Source of the DNA: Podarcis bocagei
Taxonomy: Eukaryota
Length of the DNA stretch: 64,000 nucleotides
Strand: one strand, 5' to 3'
Assembly: GCA_964188305.1 (NCBI GenBank)
Contig: OZ076893.1
Shown here: in pieces, positions 39,652-52,567 of the stretch
How the letters are laid out: every line of letters starts with the position of its first letter
Numbering within the stretch: the stretch's first letter is position 1
Notes under the pieces: generated by a model
The model's input: the letters and a program-made list of their open reading frames with translations, nothing else
What the model was told of the DNA's origin: nothing
Databases searched by the model: none
Position numbers and translations under genes: made by a program

Positions 39652-39960
39652 TGTGGCTATGTGTATGCACATGAGAAAGTTGGGGTGGGCTAGTCAGAAA
39701 AGCCAAAGGACCTCCAAGTGGTTTAAGAATAATGACAGTGTGCTGTAAGTGTGATTCTGTAACTGATGTAATTGTCTGAAGTGGTAATTGCCTGTGTAGC
39801 TGAATGTGTATAAAAGATAATGCCCGAGAGGATCAAAGTTCAGCCAGCCTCATTTGCTGACTCTACATACATTTGTATTAATAAAGGCCTAATTTTTCAC
39901 TTAAAGCTGTTGTCCACTGGCATATCTTAGGAAAACCCTAGATAGGGTGAACCCTTTACA
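39652..39960 (+). mobile_element. Possible solo LTR
   Basis: TG...CA ends with internal TATAAAA then AATAAA in LTR order. No TSD found. Confidence 0.4.
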
Positions 39961-41277
39961 AAATTTTCCAACATCAATTTTTTTAAAAAAAATTCAAGTG
40001 GATTAAAAATAGAGAAACAATTTGTACCCACCTGATTCTAAGATGAGAAAAACTCAACAGAAATAAACATCTTAGCCCTGGGTGTAAGACAGAGAGTAAT
40101 CGGGTCCACACAATGTTCCTGATGACCCAATCATGGTTGGGAGATTAGGAATGTCCCTGGGCTTGCACACTCCTTATGCTCCCCTTTCTTAATGTGTTTG
40201 CCAACTGTGATTTTGAGCTAACCAGGATTAGCATTAACATCACTGCAAAAGGTAATGCTGCCTTACGATTAGTTGATATAATGGAGAGGAATAAATTAGA
40301 GCATGGCAGAGAAAGAAGTTAGGACATCAAGAACTGAAAAACTATGTATTTCATGTGACAGTCACTAAGCACAGTGGCTAATCTGCAATATGACTCAAGA
40401 AACTTCAAATATTTAGGAAACATTTTTACTGTATTTGATTATAATACAAACAGTATAGGCTTGAATAAATGATATGGCAATAGACACAGACTTGCAAAGT
40501 ACAGTAAGACGTCATTGTGTATGCTGTATGCATTTGACACATACAAGGCTGAATCAAGCACAAAATTTAGCTTCCTAAAATTATCATTTTTTAAAAGAGT
40601 TTTAATAGGAAACATTTATTATGCATAGGTTTGGAATTAAAATAACTGTAACATTTCAGATAAGTATATTTTGTAAACTAATAACCCCCTTAATATCAAC
40701 TGTTATCTCTGTCAAATATTATTGACACATGTTTCTTTCAGCTACGGCAAATAATTCTACCCAATGCACATACCTTTTTTGCAGGAAAAGTGCAAACCAT
40801 GGTTTCCTGGTTCAGAAATAGTGACAAACTATGATTTGTGAAAACCAGAAAATAACCACATGTACAAGGGGAGGATGGAGTGAATGGGCTCTTTTGAGGC
40901 AGTTCTCAGAACCAAACCATGACTTGGTGTAATATCAGAACAAATCCAAAGATTTGTTTCCAGTTGCCAAGGAGAATTTAGGCTCCTGCCCTAAGACTGT
41001 TTCAACTGCCTTACTAACCCTTTTTGGTCCCTTCCATCTGAGGCCTTTCACTTCTTCCCCTTGCCATATATCTCAATCCTAGCAACAAAAATTAATAAAG
41101 CAAAATTTGAGAGCAGAATACACTACAAAAGTAATGCTATTTTAGCCATTTTCATAGTTCAAATAATGCTCTCTTCCAATTTAAGCCTATTGATATTTTC
41201 TTAGCTAACTACAATAAATTCAATTAACCACTGAGGCACTAGAAGAGTTTGAGTGCTTTCAGCTCCCTAAAACAAAC

Positions 41278-41406
41278 CTGATTCATCTTGTGTTTGACCT
41301 CACTGCCTTGCTCCATCATGTCAATCTTCTGGCTATAACTTGCAGGTATCTGAAGATTCTTGCTGTTGGATGGAGTTATGTGTACGGATCCTGATGAAGA
41401 TAAAGT
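41278..41406 (-). CDS. VAPA: Candidate alternative (cassette) VAPA exon between exons 4 and 5
   Basis: Phase 0-0, 129 bp, no stop. Acceptor cttccacctcag|ACT (alternative in-frame AG gives a start at 41418), donor CAG|gtttgt. Peptide TLSSSGSVHITPSNSKNLQIPASYSQKIDMMEQGSEVKHKMNQ shares PASY..K.D with the recalled mammalian long-isoform insert. Confidence 0.5.
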
Positions 41407-41717
41407 CTGAGGTGGAAGCTGAGACATGCCCTCAGCACTCAGCAGATCTCTCATTGCAAGACTTAGGGGAGTGACTAAACCAACGGCTAAAGGATTAGGC
41501 TCTGCAACCCCTCTCTGCTACTTAGAAAAACATAAATGTTATGCACAAGCAGTCAAGTAACAGCTTACAAGACAGGAATAGGCAAAAAAGCTAGCTTCTT
41601 TTATTGATTTTATTGACTAAGGGTGCTAATCTAATCACTTAGTAGAGAGTAAGCCTCACTGAAAACAGCAGGACTTACTTCTGGCTAAATATGTATATGA
41701 TTGTGCTATACACAATA

Positions 41718-41942
41718 CAGTGGTACCTTGGTTCTCGAACTTAATCCATTCTGGGAGCCCATTCGAAAATCAAGGCACAGCTTCCGATTGGCTGCAGGAG
41801 CTTCCTGCAGTCAAGCGGAAGCTGCATCAGACGTTCAGCTTCTGAAAAATGTCCACAAACCAGAACACTTACTTCCAGGTTTGCGGCATTTGGGAGCCGA
41901 TTTGTTCGGAAACTATGCTGTTCGGGAACCAAGGTTCCACTG
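41718..41942. mobile_element. pogo/Tigger-like MITE related to family B
   Basis: TA|CAGTGGTACCTTGGTTCTCGAAC ... GTTCGGGAACCAAGGTTCCACTG|TA; shares the CCGATTGGCTGCAGGAGCTTCCTGCAG core with 22743. Confidence 0.85.
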
Positions 41943-44065
41943 TATACTGTAAACTATATACAGAACCACATATAGAAGCTAAGGCTACTTTTGTTGGGGT
42001 TTCCACAGCACTTCCAACTGCTGACAAGAAATTTTAAAAGCAGCTTGACAGCAGAACTTCAACGGCAAAACCATAGCAAACAGATTTCTGGCTGGATTAT
42101 AGTGTATCCTCCAGCTCAATTAAGTTCACTGTTTCCTCTCTCCTATTTTCTGTAAAGCAGCACTTTCTATAAAAAATAGCAGCGCTACATAACTAATTGT
42201 ATCAAGGAAACATGCTTGAAATACAAAAAAATCTGCAAATAATCTTCTGGTTTAATAAATGGAAAACTAAGCTAGCAAATATCAAACATCAGTGCATGGT
42301 GGACAAATGTGAATAATACTTCTGAAAAGCTTTAAATTGTCTTTCTTCTTAAGGTGGATGATATAGTATATAACTTTCTACCCCAACCCTAGAGATTAAA
42401 GCATGGTCTTCCCTGTCTCTATCAATTATGGACTGGTAAATTACCCCAACCAACTAGATTTAAAAGTTCCTACATCCTTGTCTGGATATAGGTTTCACTT
42501 TTCCCCACAACCCAACCATGTATAATCATGTGAGAGCTGGCCCTCAACTTTCCCACAGCAACCTCTTCCTTAGGTACACTGTTCAAAATATTGCAAATGG
42601 AATTCAAGGCCATACATTTATTTACCTTTGTGACAATGACCGCAATAACTAAGTGGCAATAGCTTGGACTATTGATGCGGGGCAGGGGGAGAAGAGGAAA
42701 GCATAAAGGATATTGGAGGGCAACAGATTTGTAGAGGCAAAAGAACAAGGATTTAAGAATCACAGGCAGGAATTCTTAAGTTGTACCAAGGTTATCATCA
42801 TGCCATTACTGTGCTATCTGAAGTTTTTAAATATTTTGCAAAACAATGGCCCATTTAAGTCTCTCAATAACAAAAATTAGAAGACAGTTTTAAGAACATT
42901 ACAGATCTCAAGGCCTTAGGATTTAGCAGCTTTTTCATTAAATCTAAGAGTTCTGTGCTTCATAGCATGATCTTGGCCATATCAATTTCTAGATACCCTG
43001 ACTACAGTTACACCAGTGGCAAGGCTAGCCCTGCTTTAGGAAACACTATGAGATGGCAGGCAGTAAGGGCAGGAATTGCTGTCTGAATGCTGCAAGCAAG
43101 CGTTTTGAAAACTGTTGTCCCTGAACGGGAGAGGGCACTGGAGCTCTATTTTAGGCAGCAAATGTCTTGGGTCAACACTGAGCAATGGTGCATCTTCATG
43201 CAAGAATCAACAAAAAGCACATCCTTGCAAATAGTATGACAACCATGTTCTGCTGCCCAGGACCATTTCCTACGTACCTATACAGCATGTGCAACTTAAC
43301 ACCAGGTACCAGGTAAGATGGTGCAGCCTAAATTGGCAAAGAAGGAATTGGATGCATACTGTCAGCTTCCTTTTCTCAGATCTCACACTTGTAGCTTTTA
43401 GCTACAGCACTGAAATAAAAAATATAGAAGTTCCTATGCTAATAACCCCTTTCACTCATGCTTCCAACTTGTTTCATCCTCCTTAACAGGAGAGTATTGT
43501 AGGATTGCCCGTAGCTCATTGTGTCATAAAAACATATGAGCTCTTAGAATATATTACCATACTGCTTTATCTTTTGAACTGCTACCCTTCTTCAAAGATT
43601 TTTATGTGATCATACATGGGAGTCTTGAAGTTTTGTTGCTCAGTTCCCAGTGACAAGGTCATTGCACCTCTTTGAAACACACCCCATCTTCCCAACTGAC
43701 TAGCTTGCACTCACTGTGTAAGCAACACAGTTTTCAAGAGGTGGAACCAAGGCAGCTTTCACTTTGACAAAATGAGCTAGGGATATGCATGCACAATTTC
43801 ATATGGCACACACTGATGAAGAAGAGACTGATAGGGAGGTTACAGAAAATAGTGCACTTATACTGTATGCTAAAAAGAAATGTAAAAATACAAAGCTTTT
43901 TGTGTGCTACTGAATCACTGGTTACACTGCCCCATATTTTAATTTATTTAATACAATTACATAAACTGTTCAGATACAAAACAACTACAAAGCACATTCT
44001 TAGCTTAAGATATGTTGTTATAAAATCACTACTTGAAGTTGTTTCATTTTTGTTTATTTACTTAC

Positions 44066-44146
44066 CAGCTTATCATTTTCATTAGGCATTTCAAATACAC
44101 ATCTCAATTTGGAGTCCATTAAGTCATCAGACTTTGCATCCTTCCA
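44066..44146 (-). CDS. VAPA: VAPA exon 4, 81 bp
   Basis: tcctag|TGG acceptor, CTG|gtaagt donor. Translates [27 protein letters not shown]. Confidence 0.96.
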
Positions 44147-45420
44147 CTAGGACAACGAAAATAAATTAAATTTTAGCTGCTTTTTAGTAAGTCATAATAT
44201 GCAAACTTTGCAAAATACAAAGTATTTTAAGACTGAATAGGCTTAGAAGTGGGAAATTATGGTTTAAATAATTACTTAGACATGAAGCTCTTAGGCAAAC
44301 CAAGTCTGGGAAGATATTAAGCAAAAATATGTACAAGTCTTGTGTCTGAGCACACTGGGGTATACCACTATAAGTTTTCCTGGTTTAATTAGCCATACAT
44401 TCCCACTATATCCCACTACACTCCCCAAATTGGGAGGCTATGGTTACCAGGATCTGAAACCATGGTTTGTTCCATTTCTGGCAAGCATAGGCTTCCAGTT
44501 TAGATGTAACAGAAAATATAACATACACAGGTATGGGGCTTGTGCACCTCTCTGCTTAATAAACAAAGAAACGATACTATCTCTCAGCCTAATCTTCAGT
44601 GCTTTGGTGGATATCAAATGGGGGGGGACTAAAACATGTCATGTTCAAAGATAGTGGGGGGGGAAATATTTTATTTTATTTTTTGTTTGGATCAGGCTAT
44701 CAGGAAGGAAATTTGATTGGCATATTCCCTGAAAGAAGAGATTCCCCCTACTTTCTAAAATTAGAAACTCTGAAGTTGTATTTGCCACAAAATTGATAAA
44801 CACAAGACTCTTCAGATTATAGATCTTATCAGGGGAAGTGAAACAGCAATCCAATAAATTACCAGTAACAAGGAAAGATGTGCACCACTTTGCAACAGCA
44901 TTTATGAAATTTAAAGGCAGAAAACAAAGATAATCCTTGTAGATACTACTTCCTGCGCTTAGTACTGTACAACCATGTTATATTCTACTGAAATTTTGTC
45001 AGAAAAGAAGCAGGCCATTTTTTCTTCAAAATAGAAGTGGTAACATTAAGCACACTTTTTTAAAAAAGTGTGACCAACATTAATGTCTGATGCATTAAAA
45101 TGGCTAGTTTATGCAACTAGTTCCAAGTAAGTATTGGTGTAACAACGACTGATGGCAAACACACTTTTCCCCCTGAAGATGAAGAAAGCAGCTCAAGGCT
45201 TAGTTCCTAAGTGGAATGTACATTTTGAGGTCTCTCGCAACAGTATTCTTTCTTCCAGCTTGTGCCAGCAAAGCAACAGAGGAGGAGAAGTTGGACACTC
45301 AAAATATACCGGTATGTTGAACATAATACAAGAACCCTACTGGATAAAATATGGCAAAAGGCAAAAAGTAAGAATTCATCTTGTTAGTTTACAATACTGA
45401 AATTAAATATATTTACTTAC

Positions 45421-45524
45421 CACTGCTTCCATATCTGTAATGTTTGAGGGAGCAAAGATTGTCTGTACCATAAACTTATGTTTACTCTTCTCATTTGGAT
45501 CATAATCAAAAGGCTGTAACATCA
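45421..45524 (-). CDS. VAPA: VAPA exon 3, 104 bp
   Basis: atacag|TG acceptor, GTG|gtaagt donor. Translates (V)[34 protein letters not shown]. Confidence 0.96.
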
Positions 45525-45885
45525 CTGTATAATAGACAAAATATGAATTACTAGAGGCATGCTACCTACTTTTCCTGTCAATTTCAAAATTTTAAACTCA
45601 GCATGAAAGAACTGTGCAGTCATTTGGAACAGATAATAAACAAGATCTCTTGCAAGAATCAAGTTCTATTATTTATTGCAAATTTGCCTTTTATAGTTAT
45701 CTGTTATGCCCCAATATTATGAAAACAAGTTCACTTGCAAAATCAGGATTTCAATTTCCACATAACAACCTGAGCTTCCAAATTTGATGTAAGTATGTAA
45801 TTAAGTTAAAGCAGACAGAAGTTTGAAACATCTGAAAATGGTGGGAAGAATTTATTAAAGGGCCACCCATTACCACTGTGATGTA

Positions 45886-47116
45886 CAGTGGTGCCTCGCA
45901 AGACGAAATTAATTCGTTCCGCAAGTCTCTTCGTCTTGCGGTTTTTTCGTCTTGCGATGCACGGTTTCCCATAGGAATGCATTGAAAATCAATTAATGCG
46001 TTCCTAGGGAAACCGCCTTCAGACCAGGTCCGGGGACAGTCTGTCCCCGGACCTCTTCTGAAGGCTGGGGGGGGGGGGACAAGGGCTTTTCTTCCCACCC
46101 CCAACATTTTAAAAAACCCTGGGACAGCGGAGGACTTCTCCGCTGTCCGGGGCGATCTTAAAATGCTGGCGGGCGGCATTTTAAAATCGCCCCGGACAGC
46201 GGAGGACTTCTCCGCTGTCCGGGGCGATTTAAAAGCCCCTAGGAAGGCAGGCAGGGGGGACAAAGACTTTCGCCCCCTGCCCGCCTTCAGAAGGTGTTCC
46301 CGCCCCCCGCCCCACTTCGGAACAGCTTTCCGAAGTGGGGCGGCTGGGGCATGTGTCCCCGCCCCCCCTCCCCACTTCGGAACAGCTTTCCGAAGTGGGG
46401 CGGCTGGGGCAGGTGTCCCCGCCCCCCCGCCCCACTTCGGAACAGCTTTCCGAAGTGGGGCGGCTGGGGCAGGTGTCCCCGCCCCCCCTCCCCACTTCGG
46501 AACAGCTTTCCGAAGTGGGGCGGCTGGGGCAGGTGTCCCCGCCCCCCCTTCGGAACAGCGTTTTAAAATGCTGGGGGTCGGGAGCGAAGCACTGCCGACC
46601 CCCAGCATTTTAAAACCTTCCCGGGACACGGGGAGATTTTAAAATGCTGGGGTTCGGCAGCGCTTCGCTCCCGACCCCCAGCATTTTAAAACCTTCCCGG
46701 GACACGGGGAGATTTTAAAATGCTGGGGTTCGGCAGCGCTTCGCTCCCGACCCCCAGCATTTTAAAACCTTCCCGGGACAGGGGGAGATTTTAAAATGCT
46801 GGGGGTCGGCAGCGAACGCTTCGCTCCCGCCCGCCAGCATTTTAAGATCGCCCGGGGCAGGCGGGGGGGGGGGGGGAAGGCAGGCGGGGGGAGCAAAGAC
46901 TTTTGCCCCCCGCCGGCCTTCAGAAGAGGTCCTCTTCTGAAGGCCGGCTGTGGACGAAAGTCTTTGCTCCCGACCGCCAGCATTTCCCTATGGGCTTTCG
47001 TCTTGCGATGCAAGCCCATAGGGAAATTCGTCTTGCGAAGCGCCTCCAAAACAGAAAACCCTTTCGTCTAGCGGGTTTTCCGTCTTGCGAGGCATTCGTC
47101 TTGCGGGGTACCACTG
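45886..47116 (+). mobile_element. pogo/Tigger-like MITE, family A, 1231 bp, GC-rich palindromic minisatellite interior
   Basis: Same TIRs and TA TSD. Four 60-bp tandem units at about 46301-46540 and about three ~77-bp units at about 46560-46830, each a hairpin. Confidence 0.92.
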
Positions 47117-48055
47117 TATACAAATATTGGGTAAGAGATGCCCAGGACCTTGAATGTTAGCAAAGGAGGACAGAAGAGATCTGCCACACTCCTTCAAACA
47201 GGAATGATATGATCACCAGAGAAAGAGAGTTTGCAGAGAATTCTTCTTGCCCTAATATTTTGCATATATAATTTGGATCCAAAGACACTCCTTGGATCCA
47301 AGCTCTAAAAGAGAAGAGAGTTGAGAGAGTTGACTTCTTCCAGTCTCATCATCAGAGAGAAGGTAAGGATGGGAGAGAGACTGGAGGAAGTCATGCATGG
47401 GAGCTTGGGAAGCCTACCACGGATGGCACTTTGATCATTTATAGATGATCAATAGATGATCTAGCTCAGTGCTCTTTTTCATATGTGTGTCTGCCTCCCA
47501 GACAGTATCTCTGTCACTCTCACAGGAGACAGAGGGATGCTGACCAAGAGACAGGGGAGCTTAATGGAAGACAGGCAGGCACACATACAGTCAAGGAGCC
47601 CTGCTGCAAAGCTGTTCGTGGAGTAAGAGATTGTTCTCTGCATGGGCATTTTGCTGGGTTTCAATGATGCATGATGAGAAAGGGAGCTCCTTTCTTAGTA
47701 TGCAAAATGGAAGTCAATAAAACTTTATGTATTAGTGTGGATGGGTGACTGGAGTCAGTGTATGCATGCTTTGGCCCTGTCCATTTTGGAATTTGCCCTG
47801 CTCACTGCTCATATGTAGACCCAGACATAACATAATAACAACAACAACTTTTATTTGTATCCTGCTCTCCCTGGCCAAGACCAGGCTCAGGGCAGCTAAC
47901 ATCAAATATAAACATTGATATAAAATCAAACAGTAATTAAATCACCTCTTAAAAAGAAGTCAGGATAAAATTAAAATCTGAAGGAATGTGTCCCTTGGAG
48001 AGGAAAAAGGTTCCCACTGCTAATAAAAGAAAGAAAAACAGCCAAACATTTTTAC

Positions 48056-48208
48056 CTGATACAGTTACAGAAGAACCTGGGTCAATAATTCCACTGTTTG
48101 GCCTCACACAGTATCGACGAGGTGCTGTAGTCTTCACTTTAAAACATACTTTTCTGTCCGATGGATTTCGTAATTTAAGATTTGTAGTGACTACATCTGT
48201 GAAGGGAC
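48056..48208 (-). CDS. VAPA: VAPA exon 2 (MSP domain), 153 bp
   Basis: tttcag|GT acceptor and G|gtaaaa donor on the minus strand. Translates [51 protein letters not shown], the VAP consensus. Confidence 0.97.
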
Positions 48209-50423
48209 CTGAAATTGTTAAAGGTTTATGTTTAGTAATTAGTCTATTTGTTAGATGTGATCTCCAAAAACAGGAATCACAAGCAAACCAATGGTCCAAA
48301 TCAAGACATATCTACAGACCTTGTTTAAGACGTAGTCAATGGTAACCAGCAAGTTATTATTGTCTTCCATCCTTTCTCCCAATATCTTGCAGTTTAGAAA
48401 AGCCTGCCAGCAAGTCCCTGCCTCAATTAATACTCTTTTTGTGCTCTGCTCTGCTCAGGCAATGTTTCTCTGTCTGGTTTTTGACAATTCCCTTCTCTTC
48501 CTATAGTCCCCACGACACAGCCCATACTATCCAAACCCTCTGGAGATACCCTTTCAGAGGGAAGAGCGGAAAATAAGTTGTAAGAGCAGCCTTCCATTCA
48601 CGTAGCCATTGGTGCTATGGCAGTGAAAACACCCAAATAAAAATTGGGAATAATTAGAAAAAGAATCCTCTGTGCAATACTGTCCAAAACCTCTCCTGCC
48701 TTTGCCTAAACTACTCTACTATCACAGGAATATGATGTCCAAGCTGATAGGGAAGGAAAAATATTGTTTAGGGAATCTGCAACATTTATTCTGGAAAACA
48801 ACCTCATGGAAGAGAAAGACTGGAAAAGGAACATGCATCACACACACATACCAGAATGGTAGCGGTTTCTGTTCTTCAGAGACCTACTTCTGAACTGCCG
48901 AGAATCGTCTCTGAAAAGACAGCATAATTTTCCCCCACTGCAACACTGGGCTGTGAGGTTCATCTACTTCTAGGTCAGAACTCCAATGTGGAGGAAGAAG
49001 CCTTGTAAACCAATTTACAGAGATTGGTGGGCCTCATCTGGCCCATGGCTCAGCACCCTGCACTACGCCAACCTATTTTCATGACTGTCAATAAAAACCA
49101 GCAAGGATCCATCCATTTGAATGATTTTATTATTATTTTATTTTTTTGAGGCTGGCATCTCACTAATAGCCACAAGGATAAGCCACAGCTGAAAAAGAAT
49201 GAAAATGAGAAGGCACGTAAACAGCCAGAGGCAAGCATGCCAATGAGGCAGCAGATAGAGGCAGAGGTCTCAAAGGACAAAAAGAAGGGAACAGTGGCCA
49301 AGAAAAGAAACAATGGAGAAAAATCAGCTGTAAAAAGATGTGCCCTGCTATGACCATATTGCTACAAAAATTCCCATCATTTGGTGGGTATCCTATTAGC
49401 TGAAAACAGAACTATACATTTGTGTTATTATGTCATTACATAGATCTATGGTGCACGTGCATTTGAATACTCCCTGCAGCTGGACGATCACTGAGTAGCT
49501 AATTACCAAAATAAGCCAAGCATCTTGCATACAGGGAAAGGTGGAAGAAATTAGAATATTTTAGTTCCGAAAATGGAAGCCAAGATGGAACATAATAAAG
49601 CTTGTAAAATCATGATGTGCAAGGAATGAAGAAAAGTATTTCCTCTCTCTGAGCTCTTAGGTTCTTGGGTAGTACGGTGAAATTAACAACTGGTCCAGGA
49701 CCAATAAAATGAGATATTTATTCAACATATAAATGCACTGGCCAGGAAATTTTAAAAATGAATGACCTGGCAATAGGTTTAACCATAAAAGCAAAAAATG
49801 GATCTTTCAACATGGAAGATCATGTTACCCTTGCACAAGCGTGTTGGAATTTCTCCTATGCAGCCCATTTGGAAAGAAATTATCATTTGACTTTAACGAT
49901 TTTATGCCAAGAGCTCTCTAAATCCTCTTCAACTTAAAACAAATAAAAAAAACTAGATCCTCCATACTCAGAGACAACATCTATCTGATTACCTAATTCT
50001 AGGGACAAATAGGCCCTCTCTTCTATCACTACCTGTGTGTTTTCCAGGATCACCTTACTGGCTGCTGTTGGTGACAGAGCGCTGGACTACACTGAACCCA
50101 AGTCTGATGTAGCAAAACAATTATGATGGAGAACAACTGTCAGATCAGGTGGCATCTTAGTAGCCCTTATGCTACATGCAACCATTATTCTCCTGTAAAC
50201 AAAATACGAAAAGTAGAAAACAGCTCATGTTTATAACACATACATGCTAGACTGTCAACATGGTATCGAATTAATAGTATCAGTGTATTCCTGAACATAT
50301 GTCAACTTATGCAAGAGAAATTCTTAGCACAGAAAGCTTTATAAAAGCTATTTAGCTCTTAAATGACAGTGAAAGATATTACTTCTACGGAGAAATTAAA
50401 CAGTGTGAGTGCCTGCAGAATTT

Positions 50424-50503
50424 TAAGGGAGCAACTTATATTTGGGTATTGTCTTTTCCCCCCCTTGAATTTTAAAGGTGCGGCTTATATTCGGCCAATA
50501 CGG
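50424..50503. mobile_element. Terminal fragment of a Tc1/mariner-superfamily element ending in CGG|TA
   Basis: GGTGCGGCTTATATTCGGCCAATACGG|TA with a repeated CTTATATT motif; the other end was not found. Confidence 0.55.
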
Positions 50504-50828
50504 TATATAAATAAAACACAGGTCTTACAGGTGCCACCTGACTAAAAGAAGCCACATCTGACTATACAACCAAAAATGATTGTTGACACCACTAGCCAAG
50601 ATGGGTTTACATACAATCCCTTTCTAATGTTATTCATCTAGGAACCATTCAAAGCAATTAACAGGATTAGCACTGAACTTCCAGGGGTATCCCCCAGAAG
50701 TGAATAAAAGCAAATCACATGCTGAAAAGGCTTTGCTCCAAAAACAGAATTTGACTGTTATTAACTGTAGAACAAAAAAGAACTTAACTAAAACTGACAG
50801 ATTTTTCCTTGATGCACAGTTATTTTCA

Positions 50829-52567
50829 TTTTTTTTAATCATATTTATTAGAATTTCCAGTAATGACAGAATAGAAAGAATAGAAAAGATAAAGAAAAGA
50901 AAGAAACAGAAAGACCAATTTTAAACCCTTATTTTCATAACCTTCTTTCTGGGACTCCCTCCTTCCCCTCCCGACTGTATTCCCTTTTCCCTAAGTTGGT
51001 TCCACAAGTTCTCATTCCCAATTTAAACCTAATATGTTGTGCCTATTAGCCAATTTAAATTACAATCTTAACATCACTCCTCATCTTTAACAAAATAGAA
51101 AAAAAAAATTTCCCCCAAGATCTACCCCGTTTCCTTCCACGAATTCCCCCTTTTTTTAAAAACATGTTAAATCAAAATACCAAAGTTATATAGAAAGATA
51201 AAAGATAAAAGATAGAAGAAGATTCAAAAAGTTGGTTACATAGCCTTTGGATTCTAGAATTCCCCCTCCCTTCCCCGGTTTAGATTCCCCATGTCCATCA
51301 GTCTGTATGTTGTCGGCCTGGAGGTCTCAAGTCCACAGCCAAATTTTCCTCAATCCATCTTGCCGGTTTTCTTTAAATTTGCTTGTTTTGATGCTGTTTA
51401 ACTTCAAAAATCCAGTCTAATAGAGGCCTTTAATTTCCTTTGGTCATAGTTGCTCCTCCCATTGTTCTTTCCGTGGCGTAGTTGGTCCTTTGCTCTTTTA
51501 TTTCTTACTTTCTCAGGTTTCTATCTTGTTCAGCTGCAAAACCATTCTTATTCCGAAATCTAGTATCTCTACAGAGGTTTGTTATTCAGGAACAAAAACT
51601 TACGTCCAGTTCCTACCTTGCTTCAATAGAAAAATTCTATTGTGTTGTCACCTCTGTAGACAAAACAATATTTCAGTTTAGCTGCTTTCCCAGGAGATAA
51701 GTCCTGTACCCATCCCAGAGTAGTTTTCCACATACGCCACTTGTAATGTCCCAAAGCCCCTCTAGGGGGGTTGCAGTAACTTTGTATCCTCTAACCCAAA
51801 AGTCAAGTTGTTGTTTCTTTCCCCCCCCCGACATTTTGTATCCATATTTATGTCCAATTGTAACAAAATTTACCAGCAAAATACTTATAACAAAGTCCTC
51901 TTTATGTTCTCAAGATTTGACAGCTACTTTGACAGCTGTCAAATTCTCCATCTCTCTCCGCCAGGTTCTCCGAATCGCCCCGGTTCCCAGAGGGGGGTTG
52001 CCTTTTCCCTCTCACCCCCAACTTTTCTCCTCCAGCACAATTCTTGTAGTATCCCATCGTGGAATTGATATTTTTTGTCAGCAATAAGCTTCTGAATCGA
52101 TCTTGGTTTCTCAGTCCTTGTTTTAGCATGTTTACAATCAGGGAGGGGACTGACTTCCTTTTTAGATCCCCCCCCGCTCGTGCCGAATCCGAAAAAAATT
52201 CCTTTTTTTCTCCTTTTATACCCGGTTACCCAATTACTCACGGGTTGTTGTTAAATAGCCGAATTTTCAATGGAAGAAGCCAGCGCTCTCCGACGAATGG
52301 CATGCGGCTGCGCTCGGCAGGAGAAGCGATATACTCACAGCACCACGCCGCTCCCCGGCACCCGATCCGTAGCCTTTAAAAAGGCTCCTTCACGAGTCGG
52401 GAGGGCGCTAACGGTACCAGCCGAGTCCCCATGTCCACGGGCTCCGTGCCCGTGGTTTTTAAGGGTCCCCGCGTCGCCGGCGCGGTAGGACCCAGCCCCT
52501 GCCGAGCAGACTCCCTCCGGAGCTCGGAGGGAGTCCGTCATTCGGCGATGGCGCCAACCCGGAAGTC
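50829..52567 (-). mobile_element. Full-length non-autonomous L1-like element, 1739 bp
   Basis: 18-bp TSD gatgcacagttattttca at 50811-50828 and 52568-52585. 5' end GACTTCCGGGTTGGCGCCAT with a CpG-rich leader; 3' AATAAA plus short poly(A). No long ORF. Confidence 0.8.

Noticed and set aside
45751-46642. 292-aa and overlapping repetitive ORFs
   Set aside because: They are by-products of a GC-rich 60-bp tandem repeat that is open in several frames on both strands; no protein family is recognisable.
46301-46830. CRISPR-like array of palindromic repeats
   Set aside because: Units are tandem with no unique spacers, lie inside a TA-flanked MITE in a vertebrate intron, and no cas genes are present.
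35875-48208. Assignment as VAPB (with APCDD1L) based on the convergent layout
   Set aside because: Linker and tail peptides ([45 protein letters not shown]) match recalled VAPA, and the partner exons match APCDD1.
52200-52567. CpG-rich patches here and at about 55300-55680 as the VAPA promoter or exon 1
   Set aside because: Both are the 5' leaders of TSD-bounded L1-like elements, and no VAPA N-terminal coding sequence was found; exon 1 lies beyond the window.
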